Positions 29,316-39,466 of a stretch of DNA of 64,000 nucleotides are shown here, piece by piece; within the stretch, counting starts at the first letter, position 1, and the number at the start of each line of letters is the position of its first letter. Source of the DNA: Nannocystis bainbridge. Lineage in GTDB: Bacteria > Myxococcota_A > Polyangia > Nannocystales > Nannocystaceae. Below the pieces are notes generated by a model that was given only the letters and a program-made list of their open reading frames with translations, searched no databases and was not told where the DNA came from. The stretch lies in assembly GCF_028368995.1 (NCBI RefSeq), contig NZ_JAQNDL010000001.1:1120001-1184000 (forward strand), written 5' to 3'. The translations under genes were made by a program, and so were the position numbers.

Positions 29316-30350
29316 TCAATGCACGCGCAACAGCCTGGCCCTGGCCTGGATCTCGATCCGCGCCCCCTGAAACAGGCCACCGTTCGCCGTCACAGATGCG
29401 ACCAACTGGTTGCCGGCGCCAGAGAACTGGAAGGAGTAACCGTTGAGGCGTTGATACTCCAACTCGAGCTTCTTCGCCGATGCCGCATCTCCGGCGCCGT
29501 GGGCGAGCGAGATTGCCGCGTCGAACCTGGGGCCGAAATCAGCGCTGGAGATGGTGACAGGGCCATTCGTCGAACTGACCGACGCGCTGCCGCGACCGTT
29601 CTTGTTCTGAAGGACGTCATAAGCCGTCTCGATGATGATCCAGCCCGAGTTAACATTGGCCCACGAGCAGGTCCGGGTCACGCCGGAGTTGAACGTTCCA
29701 GCGCCTTGATGGGCCATGACCCGGCACGCGTCGACCCACATCGTGGCGCCGATCGAGGAGGCATCGGACACGCCGGCCTGGTCCAGGTAGGCTCGGGCCG
29801 CCGGGTCAAGGTTCGACCCCGAGGTGTCGACGTCCCACCGGGGATCGAGCGGGGAATTCGGCGGCAGCGGGTCATCGGGCAGGTCGACGGGTTCGACTTC
29901 CATACGGGAAGCCGGGTCGAGCCCGGCCGGGGGCAGCGGGTCGTCGGGCAGGTCGACGGGTTCGACTTCCATACGGGAAGCCGGGTCGAGCCCGGCCGGG
30001 GGCAGCGGGTCGTCGGGCCGGTCGGTGGGTTCGGCTTCCATCCGGGAAGCCGGGTCGAGCCCGGCCGGGGGCAGCGGGACGTCGGGCTGGCCGGCGGGTT
30101 CGGCTTCCATCCGGGAAGCCGGGTCGAGCCCAGCCGGTTCGAGCTCGGCCGCATCTTCACCCTCGGCCGCATCTTCATCGAGCTCCTCGGCGTCGAGGTT
30201 ACGCGCTGCCCCGGACGTCTCGCGCTCGAGCTCGCTCGACTCTTCGACGTCCTCGCCGAGCATCGCCGCCGGAGGCAGGTCACAGGCAAGCGCCGCCGAA
30301 CCGGCGGTCATGAGCGCGAAGCTGACGAGGATGGAAGTGTTGCACAACAT
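29316..30350 (-). CDS. Lipoprotein with acidic/proline tandem-repeat stalk and unknown C-terminal domain
   Basis: ATG 30350 with GGAG RBS; lipobox ALAC; four 23-aa repeats; beta-rich C-terminus. Confidence 0.8.
   Translation of the reverse strand: MLCNTSILVSFALMTAGSAALACDLPPAAMLGEDVEESSELERETSGAARNLDAEELDEDAAEGEDAAELEPAGLDPASRMEAEPAGQPDVPLPPAGLDPASRMEAEPTDRPDDPLPPAGLDPASRMEVEPVDLPDDPLPPAGLDPASRMEVEPVDLPDDPLPPNSPLDPRWDVDTSGSNLDPAARAYLDQAGVSDASSIGATMWVDACRVMAHQGAGTFNSGVTRTCSWANVNSGWIIIETAYDVLQNKNGRGSASVSSTNGPVTISSADFGPRFDAAISLAHGAGDAASAKKLELEYQRLNGYSFQFSGAGNQLVASVTANGGLFQGARIEIQARARLLRVH
29855..30138 (-). repeat. Four tandem 69-bp coding repeats (LDPASRMExEPxxxPDxPLPPAG)
   Basis: GGGAAGCCGGGTCGAGCC recurs at 69-bp spacing. 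Confidence 0.9.
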
Positions 30351-30716
30351 GTCTATCTCTCCTGGTTTGGTGGAAGACGAGCGCCACGCATCGGCATCGA
30401 TCCGCCGGGATCTCCGTCTCTCGAGACGTCGATCCGGCGTTCGGGCCTCGTCCCCGACATTGGGGAGCGTCGGCCGTCTGTATGGATGTGACGGAGCGGG
30501 TGCGTCCGGATGGTCCGATCTGCAGAAAAATATCGGCGGGCATGCCGCTCGACCGTGCATCCGACAAACTCTCCGGCGAAGCGCGCGCGGGGCGTAGCCC
30601 GCAACGAATGCACGGAACGAGCCGTCGCCCGCCGCGCCTGGGCGCGACACGGTGATGACATTCGTTTGCCCCGCGCAAAGACTCGAGCTTAGAAGCAAGG
30701 TCAGCAGGAGTTCGGC

Positions 30717-31331
30717 ATGCGGTCCAACCTGGACGATTCACCCGCCATCGATCCCGACGATTTCGCGCTCGCCCGGGCGTGCGCCGGAGGAGATCTCGAC
30801 GCTCGCCGCCGAATGGTGCGGGAGTACCATCCTCACTTGATACGCTTTCTCGGCAACAAGGTCCCGCGGCAGCACGTGGAGGACCTGGTCAATGACACCT
30901 TCATCCGGCTGTTCGAGCGAGGTCTCGGCGCCTACGGCGGACAGGGACGCTTGCGCAGCTTCGTGTTGGCGGTCGCGTATCGACGTGCCCTTGAGCACTT
31001 TCGCGGTGGCGCCCGCGTCGCCCATCGCGACTCGTGGGAGGGCGACCCCAGCGCTCCCGGGCCGTCTCCCAGCCGCGTAGTCGCCCAGAAGGGGCGTCGA
31101 CAGACCTTCTGCGCTGAGCTCCGGCGCCTGCCTGCGGAGCTGCAGGAGGTGCTCGAATTTCACTACTGGAACGGCCTGACGACCACCGAGATCGCCGGGA
31201 TTGTGGGGCGCCCGGTCGGTACCGTGCGCTGGCAGCTCCGGCAGGCGCGGGAGCGGCTCAAGGACCGATTGCTCGCTAGCGGGTTCGACGCCGGCGAGTG
31301 GATCGAGCTGACTACCGCGAGCACCCGTTGA
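30717..31331 (+). CDS. ECF sigma factor
   Basis: VEDLVNDTFIRL; LPAELQEVLEFHYWNGLTTTEIAGIVGRPVGTVRWQLRQAR. Confidence 0.92.
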   Translation: MRSNLDDSPAIDPDDFALARACAGGDLDARRRMVREYHPHLIRFLGNKVPRQHVEDLVNDTFIRLFERGLGAYGGQGRLRSFVLAVAYRRALEHFRGGARVAHRDSWEGDPSAPGPSPSRVVAQKGRRQTFCAELRRLPAELQEVLEFHYWNGLTTTEIAGIVGRPVGTVRWQLRQARERLKDRLLASGFDAGEWIELTTASTR

Positions 31332-31339
31332 GATCCGAG

Positions 31340-34300
31340 ATGCGCGAAGATTCGCTGTTCGGCTCTATCCGCGGCCCGTATTCGACGGACCCGTGCGGAC
31401 TGGAGCTCGCGCTCGTCGAGTCGCGCCTGATCGACCCGGACAGCGCCCCGCGGCTAGGACGCTTCATTCTCCTCGAGCCCGTCGGCCGCGGTGGCATGGG
31501 CACCGTCTTCGCCGCGTTCGATCCGCAGCTCGAGCGCAAGGTCGCCGTGAAGATCCTGCACGCACAGCACTCCAGCGACCGCCTCCTCCAGGAAGCCAAG
31601 GCGCTCGCCAAGGTCGACGATCACAACATTTTGACCATCTACGAGGTCGGCGAGCATCAGGGACGGGCGTACATCGCCATGGAGCTGCTCGACGGCCACT
31701 CGCTCGGCGAGCTGGAGCGCCGACAGCGGGTTCCCTGGCGTCGGTGGATCCAACTGTACAGCGCCGCCGGCCGCGGACTCGATAGCGCCCACCGTGCCGG
31801 CCTGGTTCACCGGGACTTCAAGCCAGACAATGTCCTCGTGGCGCGAGACGGCCGGGTCGTCGTCGCCGACTTCGGGCTGGCGAGCGAGGCACCGACCCTG
31901 CGAGACAGCAGCCTTGGCCATCGTCCCCACCTGGAGGAAAGCGTCGCTCCTCCACGGCAGCAACCCGGAACCGTGCTCTACATGGCCCCGGAGCAGCTCT
32001 CAGGCGGCATCTGCGACGCCCGGAGCGATCAATACAGCTTTTGTCTGGCCCTGTGGCAGGCCATGCACGGCGAGGTACCGCTCGCACCGAAGTGGCGCCA
32101 CGACCTCCGCGCGTGGCAGGCCCTCGGGCTCAAGCGACAGAGGACCCCGCTCTGGCTGCGACGCATCCTGCTCCGCGGTCTCCACCCGGACCCGAACGAG
32201 CGGTGGCCATCGATGCAGGCGCTCGTCGAGCAGCTCCAGCGCGATCCCGGCCGGCAAGTCCGGCGGGCCGCGCTCGTCGTCATGAGCGGGCTGCTGATCG
32301 TCGCGGTCGCATGCACCGTCTTTCGGTTGCAGATCGGCTGGGCCCGCGCGGAGGAGGAAGCACAGCGTGCGGAGGAGGAAGCACAGCGTGCGGAGGAGGA
32401 AGCACAGCGCGCCGAGGCCGACGCCCGGAAGAAGGCTCGAGCGCTCGCGGCCACCGAGAGCGAGCTCTTCGACGCCTCATGCACGCTGGGCGCTATACGC
32501 GAGCGGGACCCGACGATCGCCGCGTCGCTCCTCGCGGCTGTCCGAGACATCAGTACGCCACAGTGGCGCAACGTAGCGCTCAACAAGCTGCTGCGCCCGC
32601 TCAGTTGGACGATCTTGCGGGGTCATACCGAGGAGCTGCGCGGAGTGGCCTTCTCACCCGGTGGTGAACATGTCGTCACCGCCAGCCTCGACAATACGAT
32701 CCGCCAATGGCGAACGGACGGCACCGGCGAACCCCGGGTGCTGGCGGGTCACACCGGTGATGTGCATATCGTGCAGTTCAGTCGGGACGGCCGCGTCATT
32801 GCCTCGGCTTCGCGGGACGGGACCGTGAGGGTCTGGGACGCCTCCGATCCGGAGGTCTCGCGGGTGCTCACAGGGCACACGGGACCTGTGTGGTTCGTCG
32901 ATTTCAGCCCGGACGGCGACCAGCTCGTCTCGGGTGGCGACCACGGCGAAATCTTCCTATGGGAGAGGCGCAAAGACGCTGCCGCTCTGGATTTCGAGCG
33001 GGTCAAGGATGCGAGATTCGACGGACATCGGGGCGACGTGTTCCACGTCGAGGTCAGCGCCGACGGCCGTCTGCTCGTTTCGGCCGGCGCCGATGGCACG
33101 GCGCGGATCTGGTCGCTCGAGCGACCAGCGCTCTTGCAAACGCTTCGTCACGGCAAAGGAAGGGTGCTCCGCGCCCACTTCAGCCTGGACGGCGCCCGGG
33201 TCGTCACCGCACCTTCGTCCGGGCCAGCGCACATGTGGGCGGTCGCAGGAGGCACGCTGCTGCATGTCCTCGGACCCGAGCGATTCGGCGTTCAGGACGC
33301 GCGCTTCGACGGGACAGGTCGGTACATCGCCACCGCGGGCAACGACGGAGACGTCAAGCTGTGGTCCGCCGACAGGGGCCACATGCTGTATCAGCGGAAG
33401 CTCGACGCCGCGATTAGCGCGATCGCCTTCACCCCCTCCGGAGACCTGCTGGCGGCGGCCTCCGCGAGCGGCCTGATCCGAGTGTGGCCGACCCAAGGAC
33501 ATGGAGGATCGTATGATTTGGAGGGCCACCGCGGCGGCGTGTTCCAGCTCGAATTCTCGCGTGACGGCAGCGAACTGGTGTCGACGTCGCATGATATGAC
33601 CGCGCGGGTATGGGATATGACGGAGCTCCAGGCGCGCGTGCCTCGGCGCCTGATCGACGATCCGTCGCGCTGGTCCCGGATCGCAATGGGAGCGCGACAG
33701 GTCGCGCTGTCGACGGGCTCGGCCATTCACGTCCATGATCTCGGCACCGGCCGACAGACTCACACCTTGCGGTTGTGGCGCCAGGCGGCGCGAGTGATGG
33801 AACTCGCTCCCGACGGCCGCGCCCTGGTGGTGCTCACCGAAGACGGCGCGGTGTATCGGTGGAACCTCGCCTCGCGCAAGCGAGAGCGCCGCTTGACCAC
33901 GGGGGCGACAATGTTGCGAGTTCTTCCCGACGGGAAGGTGCTCGTCGGATATGGCGACGGCCAGGTTTCATTGTACGGCGCGGACGGAGCCCGAGTCGCG
34001 CGGGTCGAGGCGCACGGCGCGGAGGTGACAGGGCTCTCCGAGCTCCTCGGCGGCCGCTACGTCGCCTCGACGGGGCTGGACGGCAGGCTGGTGCGCCTGG
34101 ATGTCTCGCAGAAACTCGCGCTCACGGAGCTCCAACCCGCCACCGGGATGCGGCTTCTGGGCGGCTCCGGATGTCCTGACGGGCGGGTCTTGGTATGGGA
34201 CACGAGACATGCAAGGGTCGTCATCTGGGATGCCCTGGGCGCCGTCGTCACCAGGAGCTTCGAACTCGGCTCGGGCCGTGTCTCGCTGGCCGCGCTGGAC

Positions 34301-34948
34301 TGCCGCAGTGGTCTCCTCGCGGTGAGGACGCGAAGCGGGAATCTGCGCGTGCAAACCGCGGACGGCCGCGAGGTCGCGCATGGCGAAGGATCTCTCGGGA
34401 GCGGGGCGTGGCACCTCTTCATGCAGGCTCGACCGGCTCTCGTCGCCCTGGACGACCCGCACGCGGGCCTGCGCCTGTTCGAGGCGAGCTCCCTGGATGA
34501 GTTCGCCTCGCTCGAGGGCCAGGGCCCCGGGACGCAAGTCTTTGCCAGGGACGATGAATTGTGGATCGCCCGCGAGGAGCACGGCGTCACCCGAATGGAC
34601 ATCACGTCGCTGTTGCGCTCCACCTCTGAACTGAAGCGCGAGCTGGAGCGCCGGACGACCGCCTGCCCCGACCTGGCGACCTGGCGCACTGTGTCTCTCG
34701 ACGACGAGAGGGCGCGTTCGGCCGTCGCGCATTGCAACCTCCGGCACCGCCGCGGCCTAGCCTTCGACGAGTATCGTGAGCCGGTGGTACGGGCCGCGCA
34801 CGGGACGACGCTCGGGAAGTTTGAGCCAACCCGTCGCAGCCCGTATGTGACGGCCTCTCGCCCGACCGCGGCCCAAGAGTACAGGTGCGGGCCCATGACC
34901 GGAGACGCGGGGATCGACTGGTCCGTGGGCCAGGCGAAGAGCCCATGA
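31340..34948 (+). CDS. Ser/Thr protein kinase with TM segment and WD40 repeats
   Basis: GRGGMGTV, VAVK, HRDFKPDN, DFG, YMAPE; LRGHTEELRGVAFSP-type repeats; 21-bp AEEEAQR repeat at ~32348-32410; start may be 31298. Confidence 0.92.
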   Translation: MREDSLFGSIRGPYSTDPCGLELALVESRLIDPDSAPRLGRFILLEPVGRGGMGTVFAAFDPQLERKVAVKILHAQHSSDRLLQEAKALAKVDDHNILTIYEVGEHQGRAYIAMELLDGHSLGELERRQRVPWRRWIQLYSAAGRGLDSAHRAGLVHRDFKPDNVLVARDGRVVVADFGLASEAPTLRDSSLGHRPHLEESVAPPRQQPGTVLYMAPEQLSGGICDARSDQYSFCLALWQAMHGEVPLAPKWRHDLRAWQALGLKRQRTPLWLRRILLRGLHPDPNERWPSMQALVEQLQRDPGRQVRRAALVVMSGLLIVAVACTVFRLQIGWARAEEEAQRAEEEAQRAEEEAQRAEADARKKARALAATESELFDASCTLGAIRERDPTIAASLLAAVRDISTPQWRNVALNKLLRPLSWTILRGHTEELRGVAFSPGGEHVVTASLDNTIRQWRTDGTGEPRVLAGHTGDVHIVQFSRDGRVIASASRDGTVRVWDASDPEVSRVLTGHTGPVWFVDFSPDGDQLVSGGDHGEIFLWERRKDAAALDFERVKDARFDGHRGDVFHVEVSADGRLLVSAGADGTARIWSLERPALLQTLRHGKGRVLRAHFSLDGARVVTAPSSGPAHMWAVAGGTLLHVLGPERFGVQDARFDGTGRYIATAGNDGDVKLWSADRGHMLYQRKLDAAISAIAFTPSGDLLAAASASGLIRVWPTQGHGGSYDLEGHRGGVFQLEFSRDGSELVSTSHDMTARVWDMTELQARVPRRLIDDPSRWSRIAMGARQVALSTGSAIHVHDLGTGRQTHTLRLWRQAARVMELAPDGRALVVLTEDGAVYRWNLASRKRERRLTTGATMLRVLPDGKVLVGYGDGQVSLYGADGARVARVEAHGAEVTGLSELLGGRYVASTGLDGRLVRLDVSQKLALTELQPATGMRLLGGSGCPDGRVLVWDTRHARVVIWDALGAVVTRSFELGSGRVSLAALDCRSGLLAVRTRSGNLRVQTADGREVAHGEGSLGSGAWHLFMQARPALVALDDPHAGLRLFEASSLDEFASLEGQGPGTQVFARDDELWIAREEHGVTRMDITSLLRSTSELKRELERRTTACPDLATWRTVSLDDERARSAVAHCNLRHRRGLAFDEYREPVVRAAHGTTLGKFEPTRRSPYVTASRPTAAQEYRCGPMTGDAGIDWSVGQAKSP

Positions 34949-35246
34949 TTGAAATCCCACAGGCCATCGGGTTATGCTAGAGATCGCTCGCAGCGAGGGT
35001 TGGACGCGGGGCGGCGCCTTGCCGATGCGGCGATCGGTCCGGGCATGAGCGGCTCGGACAGGCTATCATCGATCGCCCGCGCACGCTCCGAGCGCAAGCG
35101 CGTGGCTCGGATGGGCCCGGCCACCAGTGACCGTGGCGCCAGGACCATCATGGCCGTGAGCAGCGACCGGATGGGTGGCGGCGAACGCGACGTGTCCGAG
35201 CCCGTCGCTCGATGAGCGGCCCGTCGTACTCAGGATCAGGCGCATT

Positions 35247-36125
35247 TCAACGAACCATGGAGAGCTGCAGCGTGCGCAAGCGCGAGCGATCGCGGATGCC
35301 GATGGCGATGAGGGTCGCCGACAGGACGAGGGCGAAGGTGCCGGCGATTGCGCTGGCCACCATGCACGTCTCGGTCGTCCGCTCGAAGGCGCGCAGCTCC
35401 GAGAGGTACTGCGGCGACGCCCCCGCGGGCTGCAGTGCGATCCGCTCCTGGGCGAGCGAGTGCCAGGACACCGTGCGGGCAAACAGCGCGGCGCTGGCAA
35501 GGACGACGCCGCCCATCACGCCGCCCGTGATCAGCTCGGCGCGGCTCCTGCGGCGGGCCTGAAACGCGGCCCGCGACTCGTCGAGTTCTCGCTGGGTGCT
35601 CAGGACACGATCGTGCAGTTCCTCCGGGCCCTCGGGCCGAGTTGCCGGGTGATCGCCGAAGGTCGCGCCCGTCAGTTGCTCGTCTTGCAGCTCGACGAGG
35701 AGCGATTGCGCCTGCTCGAGGTGCTGGGGTTGCTCCTGGAGCACGGCGAGCGAGATGAGCATCCGCGACGCGTTCAGCTTCTGTTCGCGTCCCTGGAGCT
35801 TTTCGAAGTCGCGCGCAACACCGAGGTAATCGCGGGCCAACAGCTTGTTCGCTGTGCGCGTCAGGCCGCTGTTCTCGCGGGTGAGGATGCGATTCGCCTG
35901 CCTCTCTCCGTCGAGCTGGCGCTCGAGAAGCTCGACCTGAGCCTTCAACTCCTGGCTGGTCGGACCCTTCATGCGGGGCCGCGGACGTGGCGCTCTCCCG
36001 GCCGTCGCCGCCGCCTGGGTCTGTGTCGCTGGAGAGCCGTTGTTCCGGGCGAGGACCGGAGCCGGCAGCAGGGACAGGGCGAGGCTGACGCCGAGGATGA
36101 CTCGACAGGGGCGCGCGAATGACAC
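35247..36125 (-). CDS. Hypothetical exported coiled-coil protein with two C-terminal TM segments
   Basis: Signal peptide, heptad-rich middle, two hydrophobic segments. Confidence 0.65.
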   Translation of the reverse strand: MSFARPCRVILGVSLALSLLPAPVLARNNGSPATQTQAAATAGRAPRPRPRMKGPTSQELKAQVELLERQLDGERQANRILTRENSGLTRTANKLLARDYLGVARDFEKLQGREQKLNASRMLISLAVLQEQPQHLEQAQSLLVELQDEQLTGATFGDHPATRPEGPEELHDRVLSTQRELDESRAAFQARRRSRAELITGGVMGGVVLASAALFARTVSWHSLAQERIALQPAGASPQYLSELRAFERTTETCMVASAIAGTFALVLSATLIAIGIRDRSRLRTLQLSMVR

Positions 36126-36304
36126 ACCGGGAGCGTGGTCCAGGCTGCGCCCATTTCAAGTTGCGCAGATCGACGTACGGACGGACTGTGAGGGACGCTA
36201 CTCGCAGCACTCGACTCAACTTCGCCGCGGATCCCATCACGCGGCGGGTCGGCTGTGAAGCCCGACACTGGCAAGCTGATTTGCCTACCCCCTATTTCGA
36301 GCCC

Positions 36305-38155
36305 ATGCGCTCAAGCCATCGTTTCGCTACTACGCTCCCCGCCCTGTTGCTCCTTGCAGGGTGCCCTCCATGGCCTCCAGAGAAGACACCCACCGACAGC
36401 GAGGGCGCAGAGCCCACGAGCTCGTCGGACCCCACGGGCACGCCCACCGGCGAGTCCGGGACGGGCGCGACGACTGACGATCCCACGACCGGCGCGGCCG
36501 AGACCGGGCTGATCGAGGACTGTGCGGTGCTGCGCGAGGCGTCGCGGGACTTCCTGAAGACCTACTGTGACACATGCCATGGCGTCGAACCGGGCAATGG
36601 GGGGCTGCACAACATCTCCGACCTCGACACCATGATCGAGCAGAAACGGATCGTCGGCGGCAACCCCGACGCCTCCAAGCTGTACGCGCGCGTCGAGAAC
36701 GGGGAGATGCCTCCGAAGGAGGCGGTGCCCGCGTCCTCGCTGGAGGAGTTCGGGCAGTATATCAGCAAGTGCGTCACGGCCCCCGCTGGGGATCCGTTGG
36801 TGCCGCCGAAGTGCGCTCCGGCGGACCCCATCGAGCCGCATGAGATGGTCGACCTCATCCACCAGGATCTGGGCCAGGTGGACGGCGACGACCGGCCGTT
36901 CATGCGTTACTACTCGTTGGTCCATCTCCGCAACCTCGGCCTTTGCCCGGCACAGCTCAAGACGTACGAGCAGGCGCTGTCCAAGGCTCTCAACAGCCTG
37001 TCGACGACGAAATTCATTCACCCGCCCGTTGCCGTCGACGGCTCCGGCAGGACCCTCTTCCGCTACGACCTCCGTCATTACGGGTGGTCGGCGCTCCAGT
37101 ACGAGTCGGTCGTGTGTGAGGTCCCGTTCGCGGTCGAGTACTTCGACGGCGGATTTATGACCAACGCGAACGCGGTCAAGCAGGACACGAAGACGAAGGT
37201 GTTCGTGCTCCCGGGCGACGCGCTCCTGCACTCCACGACGCGGCCGCCGCTCTATCACCAGCTCCTTGGGATCCCCGGCACGCTGGCGGACCTCGAGGGC
37301 AAGCTCGGCATCGACCTTGCCGCGGATACGGCCTTCGAGGCCGCGAACGACCAGGAGGTCACGACGTGGGCCGGCTTCAAGAAGTCGAACGTCGGGTTCT
37401 TCAACCGCGTCATCCAGCGGTTCCTCCTGTCCGCGGAGGACTACTTCTGGATCAGCCGCGACTTCAACAGCAACAACGGCTTCTCAGACATCAAGGCTCA
37501 CCCCATCGACTTCAAGGCGGCCGGCGGGGAGATCATCTATTCGCTAGAGAATAGGCTCCAGGGCTACATGATCGTCGATGCCGCTGGGAACCGCCTGGAT
37601 AAGGCGCCGACGGATGTGGTCGTCAACGTCGAAGACGGGGGAGCTCCGGTCGTCAACGGCATCTCATGCATGGGGTGCCACGCGCGAGGGATCCGGGTCA
37701 AGTCCGACGAGGTCCTGAAGCACGTCCAGTCCAACCAGAACCTGTTCGACGCCGCGACGAAGGAGGCCGTCAAGAACATCTACGGGCCCGCGGACGAGTT
37801 CAGCGAATGGCAAGCCAGCGACAAGGATCGCTTCCTAGCCGCGGTGAACGAGTGCGAAGCCCCCCACATGGTGCCGACGAGCCAGGGCGACCGCGAGCCG
37901 ATCTTTTTGATCGATATCGCATTCGAGCAGCAGCTCGAGCTCACCCAGGTGGCCGCAGAGCTGGGCGTGCCGGACTCGCAGGTGCTCCAGTTGAGCAACG
38001 AGCCGCAGTTCAGCGACTTCGCGGAGCTCGACGACGACGGCGGAACGATCACGCGCGACGAGTTCGCGGCCGTCTTCGGGGCGGCGTTCGAGGCGCTCCA
38101 GCTCGGCGACGGCAACCCGCTCTCATCGTGCTCTGCGTCGAAGCCGCTGCCTTGA
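36305..38155 (+). CDS. Di-heme c-type cytochrome lipoprotein
   Basis: Lipobox LAGC; CDTCH with GGNPDASKLY..EMPP (planctomycete cytochrome c-like) and CMGCH. Confidence 0.82.
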   Translation: MRSSHRFATTLPALLLLAGCPPWPPEKTPTDSEGAEPTSSSDPTGTPTGESGTGATTDDPTTGAAETGLIEDCAVLREASRDFLKTYCDTCHGVEPGNGGLHNISDLDTMIEQKRIVGGNPDASKLYARVENGEMPPKEAVPASSLEEFGQYISKCVTAPAGDPLVPPKCAPADPIEPHEMVDLIHQDLGQVDGDDRPFMRYYSLVHLRNLGLCPAQLKTYEQALSKALNSLSTTKFIHPPVAVDGSGRTLFRYDLRHYGWSALQYESVVCEVPFAVEYFDGGFMTNANAVKQDTKTKVFVLPGDALLHSTTRPPLYHQLLGIPGTLADLEGKLGIDLAADTAFEAANDQEVTTWAGFKKSNVGFFNRVIQRFLLSAEDYFWISRDFNSNNGFSDIKAHPIDFKAAGGEIIYSLENRLQGYMIVDAAGNRLDKAPTDVVVNVEDGGAPVVNGISCMGCHARGIRVKSDEVLKHVQSNQNLFDAATKEAVKNIYGPADEFSEWQASDKDRFLAAVNECEAPHMVPTSQGDREPIFLIDIAFEQQLELTQVAAELGVPDSQVLQLSNEPQFSDFAELDDDGGTITRDEFAAVFGAAFEALQLGDGNPLSSCSASKPLP

Positions 38156-38382
38156 GCACGCCCACGCCGGTGACCGCTCGCGCATCGCAGGAGTTCCTGT
38201 CACAATGTGGCCCAGGGCGCTCGGGAGCGTCACCGTCCTTCGTGTGCCGGTGGTGCACCTGGGGCGGCGCGTCGGTGCAAACTCGGGCAAGCTCGGCAGG
38301 CTTGCGACGAGGCGCGCCTGCCGCGTTCCTCGTATAGCACTGACGTTCGTGGGGTCGCCGATCCGCTTGGCCGTCCCGAGCC

Positions 38383-38570
38383 GGAAGAGCTCGACCGAGA
38401 TGCACTCGCTGGTCCTCGGATAGACGATGTGCAGCTTGTTGCCCGAGTAGTCGACGAAGGCCTTGTCGCCGGCCACGTGGTCGATCCGCATCGTCCAGCC
38501 CGCGCTGCTTCAGCCAGGTTCGGTACAGCTCGCAGAATTGCGTGTAGCGGTACCCGTCCCGGTTCTTCTC
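38383..38570 (-). mobile_element. istA: IS21 transposase fragment
   Basis: GYRYTQFCELYRTW..MRIDHVAGDKAFVDYSG. Confidence 0.8.
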
Positions 38571-39005
38571 GAGGAGGACGTGCAGCCCGAGCTCGACTAC
38601 GAGAAGGAGGAAGAGCGCTTTCTCGAGGTGCTCGCCCCCTTCGTGAGCGACGGCCGGGCGCTGGTGCGTGTGGTCGAGGACGGTACGCTCCAGGACCTCG
38701 AACGGGCGCTACTGGTAGACACTTACGACGTCGTGCATCTCACCGGCCACGGGTGATGACCCCGCAGGGCCACGCGGCTGGTCATGGAGGACGACGTTGG
38801 CATGCGCGGCCGCCTACCGGACGGCACGCCTGCCGACGTCTCGCCCGTGGAGTTGATCGCCGTGCTCCGGCGTGCCGCATCGATGCCCCCGATCGTCGTG
38901 CTCTCGAACTGCCACAGCGCCGAATCGCACGACGCCACGCCGAGCTTCGCCGTCGAGCTGGTCGCTGCAGGCGTGCCCGTTGCACTCGGCTGGACGCGGC
39001 CGTGG
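38570..39005 (+). pseudogene. CHAT (caspase-like protease) domain fragment
   Basis: LDYEKEE, YDVVHLTGHG then stop/frameshift, IVVLSNCHS, VAAGVPVALGW. Confidence 0.75.
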
Positions 39006-39070
39006 AGGCATCGTGCCCGCGCAGCTCCCGCGTTGGAGCGGCCTGTGCTATGGAGACGTCGTCCTGGGAA

Positions 39071-39466
39071 CTATCTCAGGAGCTCTTTGAGGTAGGTCGG
39101 AGGGATCGGATGTTGGAAGAGTGGATGGGCTCGGTCGTTGATGCCGAGGAACTCCGCCCGCAGCTCTTGATCTTCTGGCAGCTCAAGGTCTCTCTCGACA
39201 TTCTGGTCCACCTCCGGTGGCAAGTACCCAAGGGATTTCGAGCCATCATAGGCGCTGGGGATCAGCTTCCCAGTGCCAGCCGCTGGATACCATCCGGTGT
39301 ACGAAATGAACTGCGTCTCGCTGAGGAGAACCTTCTCGCGGCAATATGCAGTGGCATCCGCGCTAACGCATACTCGATGTCGCTCCCACTCCTCCTGAGG
39401 GACATGCATGACCTTGGGCAGGGCGCGGAGGGCGACGAGGAGGGCTTCTTGGATCTTGGCGTCCAT
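39071..39466 (-). CDS. Hypothetical protein
   Basis: ~131 aa from ATG, lower GC, globular composition. Confidence 0.45.
   Translation of the reverse strand: MDAKIQEALLVALRALPKVMHVPQEEWERHRVCVSADATAYCREKVLLSETQFISYTGWYPAAGTGKLIPSAYDGSKSLGYLPPEVDQNVERDLELPEDQELRAEFLGINDRAHPLFQHPIPPTYLKELLR

Noticed and set aside
29855-30138. Regularly spaced repeats as a CRISPR array
   Set aside because: In-frame 69-bp coding repeats with no unique spacers and no cas genes
32348-32410. 21-bp tandem repeat
   Set aside because: In-frame coiled-coil linker expansion, common in these kinases
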